The notes under the pieces were generated by a model, which worked only from the letters and a program-made list of their open reading frames with translations, did not search any database and was not told the DNA's origin. A DNA stretch of 64,000 bases from Octopus sinensis (Eukaryota), in contig NC_042999.1 in NCBI RefSeq assembly GCF_006345805.1, forward strand, positions 147,498,001-147,562,000. The letters are read 5' to 3'. The position numbers and the translations under genes are program-made. Positions 53,701-64,000 of the stretch are shown piece by piece (positions within the stretch are counted from its first letter, which is position 1; each line of letters begins with the position of its first letter).

Positions 53701-54712
53701 TTGTTGCAAAGAAGGTGAAAATAATGGCAACGAAAAAAGCGCACGAGCAATTGGCTGATAGGTGGGAGGAGAAACCTCTGCACGGCAAATATGTGACCCG
53801 CAGCAAACAAGCTGATGTTGACCAGAAGCAAACCTATCAGTGGCTACGGAGCTCAGGGCTAAAAGCAGAGAGCGAAGGTTTCATCCTGGCTGCTCAAGAT
53901 CAAAGCCTATTAACCCGGAACTACCAGGCCAATGTGATGAAAAATGGAGCAGACCCAAAATGCCGATTCTGCAACGACATGATTGAAACAGTGGACCACC
54001 TAATCTCTGGATGTAAAGTCTTAGCACCAGTGGAGTATAAATTAAGACATGACAGAGTTGGCCAATATCTACACTGGCTAATAAGTCGGCATTACAATAT
54101 CAAAACTGCCGACAAGTGGTATAATCACCACCCTGAGGCTGTAACTGAAGGAGGAAATGTAACCATTCTGTGGGACTTTCCAGTACATACAGACCGAACC
54201 ATCAAGGCCAATAAACCAGATATTGTTGTGAAAGACCAAAACAATAAAGTTTGCTTATTGATCGACATGAGCCTCCCCTGTGATCATAATATATCAGCGA
54301 AAGAGTTTGACAAGCTCAGAAAATATAAAGACCTACTCATTGAAATTGAGAAAATGTGGCATCTCAAGGCGGTTACAATACCAGTGATCGTAGGAGCACT
54401 AGGAATGATCAATGATCAAGAAGGGAACCGAAAATTATATGAGAATGATCCCTGGCTTACCATCCCTGCAAGAAGTGCAAAAGATTGTCTTAACTGGTAC
54501 ATCACACGTATTGAGAAGAGCATTGTCGATGTGAGAACTGTTGCTGCTCATGTATTTTAATTTAACTAAAAAAAAAAAAAAATGAACGAACTATTGAGTT
54601 TGGTTTAATGGCCTACCAATGTATACTATGAGTTTCTTTGCCCTAGGAGTCGGGAAGACACTCGGCAAGAAATGGAAGCAAATTTGAAAGAAGAAAAAAA
54701 AAAATAATAATA
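50780..54712 (+). mobile_element. Near-full-length R4/Dong-clade non-LTR retrotransposon (RT + CCHC + RLE)
   Basis: 5' UTR, single-ORF architecture, 3' UTR ending in poly(A) followed by (TAA)3. 5' boundary approximate. Confidence 0.95.
50985..54534 (+). pseudogene. Frameshifted ~1180-aa ORF: Myb-like N-terminus, reverse transcriptase, CCHC knuckle, PD-(D/E)xK endonuclease
   Basis: Motifs KWTREEY, SPGKD, YRPITC, DYKKAFDS, FQGDSLSP, YMDDLK, CRFC..HLISGC, RHD and NKPDIVV..D..K..KY. Lesions: +1 in the A-run at ~51615-51621, -1 at ~53086, and a 7-bp duplication AATGATC at 54404-54417. The restored end reads ...QKIVLTGTSHVLRRALSM* (TGA 54532-54534). Confidence 0.93.
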
Positions 54713-56094
54713 ATACTGCTAATGCTGATGCAGCTGTTGCTGATTCTGCGTCTGCTCATACTGTTGTTGATGATGACGACGACGACGGCAACGATTGTGA
54801 CATGAAGAGGTATTGGGTGGAAGGAGAGAAAGACGAAGGTGGAGGATGGGAGAAGGAAAGGATTGGAAGGGGAAGGGGACGTGGAGGACGAGTAGGAGGT
54901 GGAAGGAGACGAGACTCAAAGTATTAAAGTGTCATTTCAGTAACGGACTTGTTTATTTTTCCATAATGGAATTTTTTAGTTTCCTGTATTTTTATTTTCT
55001 TTTGAATGTATATATGCATACATATATAAGCATAAGTATAAATACACACACACACACATACAAATATATATATATATATATATATATATTTCAGTCATTT
55101 GATTGCAGTCACGCTGGAGCAGTGTCTTAATACATACACACATACATATATACATACATACAAACATACATACATACATACATATATATGTGGGGGGGGC
55201 GTGTGTGTATGTATGTATATATGTATGTATACATATACATATACAGATGCTAAGAAACGTAGTAAATACACAGACGAACGTAAAAACAAAGAAGATCCCC
55301 ATCTCTTTATCAGTTATCGGTCATTGAGTCAAACGCAATTTCGTGCTTTTAGCGTGCCACTTGATGGCCCCGACAGAAGCTACTGGGAATATGGGACCGA
55401 GAACAACCTATACTTGGACAACAAGCAATACAGAAGTGGACATTAGAAAATAAATAAATGCAATTCAAAACGTGACCGTTAGTAGACGGACGAGAGAAAA
55501 AAAAAGAAACAAAGAAACAGATGTAGCCTTCGGGCTAAATGAAGACGAAGTATAGATAAGGCTAAGGGGGAAATGCTAAAGGATTGGAAAGGGAAGGGAA
55601 ACAGACAGAGAAACAGCCTGACCACGGGTCACGTGTAATAGCGAGCAGAGTGTGATACAGAGGACAGAGGAGAAAGGGGTACGCTGATATATATATTATT
55701 AAATTATTAAATTATTGTTATTCGAATTGGTACAGCCATGAAACGATCGTAGTGTTTTACTCTTTATCTTTTATAAAACTTTTAATACTTTTGATATTTA
55801 AAAAAAATAAAGAAAGAAATTAATTAATTAATTAATTAATTAATTAAATAATATATAAATATAAAAATATACATACATACATATATATATATATTTGTAT
55901 ATATATATAAAATTTATAAGTTTAAATTATTTAAATAATTTTTTATTTTTAACTTTTATATTTTTTAATTAATTTTATGTATTTGCTTATGCTTTTCACT
56001 GTTTGATTTGCCTAATAGTGGTTTTATCTCTAATTTAATATATATATATATATATATCTGTGTGGGTGTTTGTGTATTCACGCACACATATATA

Positions 56095-56273
<179 letters not shown>

Positions 56274-56879
56274 GGGACAGAGAGAGAGAGAAAGAGAGAG
56301 ATGCACCTACATGCATACACATCGTGTATTTGCTGTAATTTCGTAAACAGTCAGATCGTCTTCTGCATCTAATGAAGGATAATTAGAAGTCGGTTGTGAC
56401 AGTACAAGGAATAAAAAGAAAATTTGAACCAAGCTACAAAAACAATATTAGCGTCAACATGAATTAAAATATGAAGAAACATCCTATCAACAAACATGGC
56501 ATCAACAATGCGAAAATAACAGTTGTCGTCACCAACTAGAATAAAATGTCTGTTAACGTCATCAATGTGGCATGATGAACAAATCCAGCTTATCGGATAA
56601 TCTTATTACACAAACAGAATGATAATACGAAAGACGAAGTAAAAAAATATGAGAACCAAGCGCAAGAAAAGGAAAATGATGAAAAGAAAAGCGTGGAAGA
56701 AGAGCGAAAAGAAAGAAGGAAGACACTGAGGCCACCGCCTTTAACAACAACGATGGCGCTGTTAGTGGCTGTGTTAGCAATAGTAACGATAACAGCCATA
56801 CGCAATACATCAACAACAACATCAACTGATGCTATTAATGACAGTAATAAACACAACATAATAACGATGATGATGGTGA

Positions 56880-56967
<88 letters not shown>

Positions 56968-56974
56968 GGTAGTG

Positions 56975-57033
<59 letters not shown>
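56880..57033. repeat. (AGT)n microsatellite
   Basis: Direct inspection. Confidence 0.95.
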
Positions 57034-57034
<1 letters not shown>

Positions 57035-57040
57035 ATGACG

Positions 57041-57513
57041 ATCCTTTCTGCTATAGGGACAAGTCCTGTCCTGAAATTTGGAAGGAAGTGACTATTCGAT
57101 TACATCGACCTCAATGGTACTTAATTTATCGATCCCGAAAGGATGGAAGGCAAAGTCGACCTTGGCGGAATTTGAACTCAGAACGCAGCGATGGGTAAAA
57201 AAAACCGCTAAGCATTTCGTCCCGCGTGCTAACGATTCTGCCATCTCGCCGCCTTAGTAGTAGTAGTAGTAGTAGTAGTAGTAGCAGCAGCAGTAGTAGT
57301 GACTTCAAATTTTGGCACAAGGCCAGCAATTTTGGGGAGGGGTAAAACCGATTACATTGACCCAAGTGTTCAACTGGTACTTATTTGATCGACCTCGTAA
57401 GGCTGAAAGCCAGAGTCCACATCGGCAGAATTTGAACTGAGAAGTTAAAGATGAACGAAATTCCGTTACGCATTTTCTCCGGCGTCCATACGATTCTGCC
57501 AGCTCACCACCCT
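57041..57513 (-). mobile_element. Two adjacent SINE family A copies (57041-57254 and 57305-57513)
   Basis: Reverse-complement homology; separated by (TAG)n. Confidence 0.8.
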
Positions 57514-57669
57514 TATAATGTACAGAAAGAGACACTGCGTGATCACTGACTGCATGCTGCTGTCCGCTCTCACTGAATCTACCAGAGCAAACAAGATCGG
57601 ACTCTCTGAGGAGTAAACCAATAACAATAACGACAACAACAACAATACTACTAATAATTCAATGATTCA

Positions 57670-58060
57670 GTGCGAATACCTAACCAGACATCGAAAAGCG
57701 GAGAGTGTTGTGAGGAATAAAAGAGAAAAAAACTTGATAATCTAAATCGCATGTCCTAGTGAGAACAGAAGCAAATAGAAAGAAGAAAATTTGAACAGCT
57801 ACAACAATTTGGAGTGGGAAATACGAAGGGAACTACGAAGTGAGAAATACGAAGCCAACGAGGAGAGTAGACGCGATAAGAATAGTGACTGGCATACTTG
57901 GAAATATCAGCGCTCAACTACCAACCTGGCTCAAAAAGAAACTTTCAAAATGCGAAAATATCTAATTAGAGGTAACTCGAATATGGAGTTTAAAAACAGA
58001 AGCAATTTCTATCATAGTAGGCGAATTAGGTTTGATAAAAAATATTCAGACAAATAGATA
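57670..58060 (+). mobile_element. Very decayed R4/Dong RLE fragment
   Basis: PDI, IACPSE and YNNLEWEIR motifs occur in order. Confidence 0.45.
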
Positions 58061-58111
58061 ACAAAAACACCAGGACTAACAAGTATATATAACATGCAGA
58101 AAATACCACAC

Positions 58112-58147
<36 letters not shown>

Positions 58148-58148
<1 letters not shown>

Positions 58149-58940
58149 GCAATATAGGATGAAGTCCCTTACTCTACAGCAAGGAAATCATCAGGAAGCG
58201 TGGGCAGTATATTTAAAAAAAAACCGTTACGGTTGCAATATACATCTATAATAAGGGCTAAAGAAAGTTATTCTAAAGCCAAATACACTGTTTTATCACT
58301 TATAATCCGCTTGCTACAGGAAAATTGAAACTGAAAACGGGCAACTAACCTTTAGAAAATTAAAAGTTCGTTATCCCTATATTGAATCAATTTCGGACTT
58401 AATCTTATAAAAAAAGATATATTCCTTCTTCAGTAGAAATTTCGATGGGATATAAATAAAATACTCACGTATGATCATGGAAAAAGCACAAGCTAAAAAC
58501 ATAACTACACTTGAGTACATCATTTATATCTAAAAATAAAAATTCTTTGGTCAGCCTCAGAAAACAACGTCCAGACCTTTCGCCGCTACAAATTGTAATG
58601 GTTACCAGTCCTCCTGTAGCAAGCATCGAGTTTACTACTAAGCAATATAGGATGAAGTCCCTTACTCTACAGCAAAGGAAATCATCAGGAAGCGTGGGCA
58701 GTATATTTAAAAAAAAACCGTTACGGTTGCAATATACATCATATAATTAAGGGCTAAAGAAAGTTATTCTAAAGCCAAATACACTGTTTTATCCACTTAT
58801 AATCCGCTTGCTACAGGAAAATTGAAACTGAAAACGGGCAACTAACCTTTAGAAAATTAAAAGTTCGTTATCCCTATATTGAAGCGGATTATAAGTGGAT
58901 AAAACAGTGTATTTGGCTTTAGAATAACTTTCTTTAGCCC

Positions 58941-58950
<10 letters not shown>
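58148..58950 (-). mobile_element. Penelope-type structure: 493-bp-period partial tandem plus a terminal inverted segment, between (TA)n tracts
   Basis: 58148-58386 is repeated at 58641-58883. 58882-58950 is the reverse complement of 58741-58809. Each direct copy carries GCTTCCTGATGATTTC on the minus strand. Confidence 0.85.
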
Positions 58951-59011
<61 letters not shown>

Positions 59012-59081
59012 ATATATATATCGCCATGATACATGATAGATCGCTAGCCACTACACATATTAAGCGCACTGGTGTTAAGTA

Positions 59082-59222
59082 TAAGGTTGTCCCAAAAGTT
59101 CGTAGAAAGTCTTGGAAAATAATGGTCTTTATTTTGAGGAATAATTTTTGTTGTTTTTGTTAATACTTGGCGAGTAAAAATTCAATTTTCGCAAGTGTTT
59201 ACGAACTTTTGGGACAACCTAA
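59082..59222. mobile_element. Tc1/mariner-type MITE (141 bp)
   Basis: TIR AGGTTGTCCCAAAAGTTCGTA / TACGAACTTTTGGGACAACCT, with TA on both flanks. Confidence 0.85.
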
Positions 59223-59688
59223 TATCATTCACTAAAGATAAGACCAGAGATTATATATTTGCATACAGACATTCATCTGATCACGTCGGTTGTTTCAAGG
59301 CTTTAATGAGAGAGTGTCTCAAAGCATTAATGATAGCAAGAACTCTCATTATACATTACTGTTTGAGACAATGAATCTTCTGATCCAAGGTTTGAACTGC
59401 TTGCTTCTGACTGATAGTTGTTTTATCTCAGATTATCAACTTCTAGAACTTGTTGGATCTAGAGTGCCAAATGCAGCGTATACATATAAATATGTTGGCA
59501 GTGAACACAACACGTACGTGATTTTAAAATCTTGAGCAGTGACTTGTTTTGTGGGGCAGCCTGAAGATTGTCGATCCTTTCTTCTTCGATTTGCATTGGG
59601 ATGTTCAGCATGGTATATCTTAGTTTTTCGACGGAAGGTTCAGCGATAGCCTTCGTTACATTTTTATATTGCAACTAATTTGAGACTG

Positions 59689-59894
59689 AAGGCGTCGAGC
59701 TGGCAGAATTGTTAGCACACCGGACGAAATGCTTGACGTTATTTCGTCTGCTGCTACGTTCTGAGTTCAAATTCCGCCGAGCTCGACTTTACCTTTCATC
59801 CTTTCGGTGTCGATTAAATAAGTACACACCGGGGTCGATGTAATCGACTAACTCTCTTCCCTAAAGAATTTTCAAGGCTTTGTGCCTAGAGTAG
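59689..59894 (+). mobile_element. SINE family A with a 16-bp TSD
   Basis: AACTAATTTGAGACTG at 59673-59688 and 59895-59910. Confidence 0.92.
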
Positions 59895-61083
59895 AACTAA
59901 TTTGAGACTGGATTGATGATTTTCCTTTTTTGTGTACAATTGACGGGATAACTCTTGATAGTTTAAAACATTATTTGATCGTGATCTTTATCAAGCTGCT
60001 CAGAAGAATGAATCTTATCACGACCATTAGAATTTTTCGCAGAATTGCACCATACCAGTGCGTGAAAGTGTGCAAGTTGTTTCTTCAAAAGTGACCACCT
60101 GCACACTAAGCTAAACTAACTTAAGATATTACGTTATTAAGAAGCAAAAAGTAATCCATTTGTTTCTATTCTGCAACTCGAACAATATTATATAGATCTT
60201 GTTTCTGGGAAAAATACGTCCATCGAAGATTTGCTTCCTATTTTGTGCTTCAGGATCAAACCGAACAAACTTTCTACATAAGTGATTGTATATTGTCTCT
60301 TAAACATACGAGTTCCTCTTGTGTAGATTGATATTTGCATAATGAGATATCCAATGTTTCTTGGGTCGTTATATAAATAATGTCATCTCGAAAGTGAATG
60401 TTATCCTATCAATTAACTTGTCTTAGTGACTTCACATGCCACACAAGCACTCTGTCTCAACTTTGGCATAAATCATCATGCACTAATTAGATGTTTCTTC
60501 GCATCACAGAATGTAGCTGAACTGAACACGCACCAGAAGTGGGAAGTCGTAGTTTTTTTTTTTTTTCATGTCGACTGATTACTTGTATTTCAAGGGCTGT
60601 CTACCTCAGTATGAAAATGGTCAGCATCTTGACAATATTTGAAAACGGAAGTATATGGGAATGAGTCATAGGTCGTGCGAGTTTTATTCTTTCCAGATCT
60701 CTACTATTTTGTTTTGTTTTCTCTCAAAATAATGTCACGTTGTTCGTGCAATTCATCATTAAAAGAACATGGTAAATGCATTCCTTTTCCTAAAACATAT
60801 TAGTAATTTTTCAAGCGTTATCACGAATACGATATTTCACACATCCTTCAAATTACCTGTGATTAATAGCCTATAGAGAAACGCAGCAGCTCAAACCATA
60901 TCAGTGGTACCTAATAGTATAATGGTATCATCAGGTTTGAGAATGTTAGAATCATACTCCATCTCCCTGAGATATCGAATGGGAAGTGGAAATATAAATT
61001 ATCGTATAGGTATGCGATGTATACCTATTTTTAATTGATATATATTTCAACGAAATACACAAGCACACACAAACAAACAAACG

Positions 61084-61174
<91 letters not shown>

Positions 61175-62231
61175 ATATATATATATCGAGATAAAGGCAG
61201 ACAGACAGAGACGGTTAAAGAGAGAGAGATAATGCCAAACTACATGAATCTACAGTTTCCCTTGACTTTTATTCCGTTAATTCATTCCACCACTTTTAAA
61301 CTGTTACGGCATAATCTTAAGGAGGAAACTGCTTTTACTCTAAAAATATTTATTTCTAATTTTGTTTACTAACTTCAATCAATGGCTTTGCTGGGTTAAT
61401 CTATCTGCACTATGAGTTACTCATGAAGTTTACCTCATAGACCTTCAGCTTTATATATACATGTGTGTTTGTATGTGTGTGTGTATGTGTGTGTGCGTGT
61501 GTGCGTGCGTGTATGCGTGTGTATACGTATGCGTGCATATTGCATGCTTTCACGCATGCATGTACGTATATACGTATATATATATATATATATACATATA
61601 TATGCCTTTTCTGTTTATAAGTATTTAAATTTTTCCTTTGAAGGAGCTAGTTTCTAACAAAGATACAAGGCTTAATCGCTGGAACGAAATCAATATCACA
61701 TTTTAAACCTGAGAAGAGATCTGCCTCGTGTTACTGCTCGGCTTACAGATTGTATTTATAACGTGCGTGTCAGTCGGTTGATTTTCTTACTAAAACAAAG
61801 TACCCATTATTACTGGTATAAATATTAATATGTCATTCGGATACAGAAGCTGGAGTTTGGGTATGATTTAACAACAGGAATTGCTTTATGATTATTAGAT
61901 TCTAAATTAGCCCTGGCTGCAACTCGTAGACATTTTCCTACTTTTATTTAACCCTTCATTTTACCGTTCTTTGTAAAGTAAAGTACGTATAGTATATAAG
62001 ACTTTTAACTTGTTTCCTTTAACACCCAAAATGTAAGATCTCTTCGCTGAAGACGGACCCTGTCCCATCCAACGATGGAATCAATATACAAACATTACTA
62101 TATATCACCGAGCCCCAATAAAAGAGCTGTTGAATGCGTAATACTGTTCCCCATCCCCTTTAATTCTCTAAATCATTTCCATTCTGTGTAAGTCTGATCT
62201 TTTTATATGCATGCATATATACATTCTTTGT

Positions 62232-62611
62232 GGAGGCTCAATGGCCCAGTAGTTAGGGCAGCGGACTCGCGGTCGTAGGATCGCGGTTTCGATTCCCAGA
62301 CCGGGCGTTGTGAGTGTTTATTGAGCGAAAACACCTAAAGCTCCATGATGCTCCGGCAGGGATGGTGGTGATCCCTGCTGTACTCTTTCACCACAACTTT
62401 CTCTCACTCTTACTTCCTGTTTCTGTTGTGCCTGTATTTCAAAGGGCCGGCCTTGTCACTCTCTGTGTCACGCTGAATATCCATGAGAACTGCGTTAAGG
62501 GTACACGTGTCTGTGGAGTGCTCAGCCACTTACACGCTAATTTCACGAGCAGGCTGTTCCGTTGATCGGATCAACCGGAACCCTCGTCGTCGTAACCGAC
62601 GGAGTGCTTCC
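62232..62611 (+). mobile_element. Full-length tRNA-derived SINE family C with a 15-bp TSD
   Basis: ATATACATTCTTTGT at 62217-62231 and 62612-62626; A-box TGGCCCAGTAG, B-box GGTTTCGATTCC. Confidence 0.92.
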
Positions 62612-63050
62612 ATATACATTCTTTGTATTTCATGTATTTAATACATTTTCTATATTTTTCTAACTTGTGTATCACCACATTTAGTTCTAACTCAGAAATA
62701 ACATATTTACGTCTCACTATTTAAGCTGTTGTAGTTTACCGAAGTATTAAAACGGGAAAGATGATTCCTTCAAATAATGCTTACAAGCAGTTAAAGCTCT
62801 GAAACTTATGGTGATTAAAGTTATCATGATCTAATGTTTGTTTTTTGGAAGTATGAATTTGGAATTAACTCGGGGATAATAAATAATCTTTACTTACACA
62901 CATATGAACGGACACACTCACACGCGTACACGCACACACACACACACACATCTACAACCTTGATAGTTTTCGGCCAGTATATGCTGAGGCCATGCCTAAC
63001 TCAATAGCACGACTTGGTGCTATATAATATAAATATATATGCACAAACAC

Positions 63051-63126
<76 letters not shown>

Positions 63127-63136
63127 AGATAGATAG

Positions 63137-63620
63137 ATAGAAGGAGCTTCTACAGGACTAGAACTGTTTCATTCAAAAGAAATCATCAGGAAGCTCCCTG
63201 AATTTGATATTTTTTATCATGAGGAAGAGGTCTTCTTCAAACGGTTCGAGTAGGCTGTTGGTAGGAGGGGCCTTATTTGATTTGAAGCCGTACTTATGCT
63301 ACATCAGGGTGGTCGAAAAAGAACGATCTCCATCTAATTCTTTTGATGAACACATCAGTCCGTCTAATAAGGGCTTTTTGGTACTGTTTCCTTGGTGGGA
63401 TAGTAATGTTCTTCAAGGAAGTGTTGAGGTCGATTCTTGTCAGCATTTTTTCTTGGTGATGGTTATAAGGGCACTGGGGTGTGCTAGGATATGTAGGTCC
63501 CGGGTTGAGTCGGGGTTAACCACAGTAAATAAGGTACTCAATACATAGCAGAGTAAATTAATGTATTTTATAGAAGGAGCTTCTACAGGACTAGAACTGT
63601 TTCATTCAAAAGAAATCATC

Positions 63621-63621
<1 letters not shown>
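63137..63621 (-). mobile_element. Retrozyme-like or Penelope-derived non-coding unit, 433-nt period with a 52-bp terminal direct repeat
   Basis: 63137-63188 is identical to 63570-63621, and the repeat is most of an HHR. (TA)n on both flanks. Confidence 0.8.
63143..63197 (-). ncRNA. Complete type I hammerhead ribozyme
   Basis: Minus strand: GGAGCTTC-CTGATGA-TTTC(TTTT)GAAT-GAAA-CAG(TTCTAGTC)CTG-TA-GAAGCTCC. Perfect 8-bp stem I, 4-bp stem III and GUA triplet. Predicted cut between 63151 and 63150. Confidence 0.85.
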
Positions 63622-63656
<35 letters not shown>

Positions 63657-63658
63657 TG

Positions 63659-63693
<35 letters not shown>

Positions 63694-64000
63694 GGGTGGG
63701 GGAGAAAGAGAAAAAGAGAGCGACAGACAGATAAGTAGACACGCAGTGATCGTGGAGACAGACACAAGTTTACGTACATACATATGCATGTGTGCTTCTA
63801 CTATTTTAATGTATGAGTACTTACAATTTACCAATCCTGGAAGTCGTATATCCGGGCCTATGCCTCATAGTAAATGCTGTGATCTTTTACGTATTGTGCA
63901 TAGATTGTCTTAATGAAAAGAAACCCACTCTGTCTCAGTTGTTTAAATTTTTCAAGATTGTCCTTATTCGTGCCCTCTGTCTCATTGTTAGTTCGTTAGT

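Noticed and set aside
62232-62305. tRNA gene candidates (also 37273, 49660 and 50516)
   Set aside because: The A/B boxes continue into multicopy SINE bodies, some with TSDs; these are SINE heads, not tRNA genes.
63204-63548. 114-aa ORF within the 433-nt unit
   Set aside because: Antisense to the ribozyme strand, non-ATG start and no recognisable motif.

Overview
AT-rich, microsatellite-dense eukaryotic DNA, intergenic or intronic. The repeat content suggests an octopus-like cephalopod, which is an inference. No host protein-coding gene is supported, and nearly all listed ORFs are microsatellite artefacts. The main element is a near-full-length R4/Dong-clade (RLE) LINE at about 50.8-54.7 kb. 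It carries one ORF of about 1180 aa split by 3 frameshifts, with no in-frame stops. Also present: about 7 older R4/Dong fragments, an RTE 3' fragment, a Tx1/L1-like 3' end inside a (GATA)n array, a decayed full-length mariner, Chapaev3-like and maT/Tc1-like remnants, MITEs, a tiny solo LTR and several tRNA-SINE families. The most notable hidden signal is about 14 hammerhead-ribozyme (HHR)-like motifs in non-coding repeats next to (TA)n tracts, which show tandem and 5'-inverted architecture (Penelope pLTR or retrozyme-like). They include a complete type I HHR in a 433-nt tandem unit (63.1-63.6 kb), a family with a recurrent CUGUNGA core, and a tRNA-headed SINE with an HHR-like module. Everything was read by eye, and boundaries of decayed repeats are approximate.
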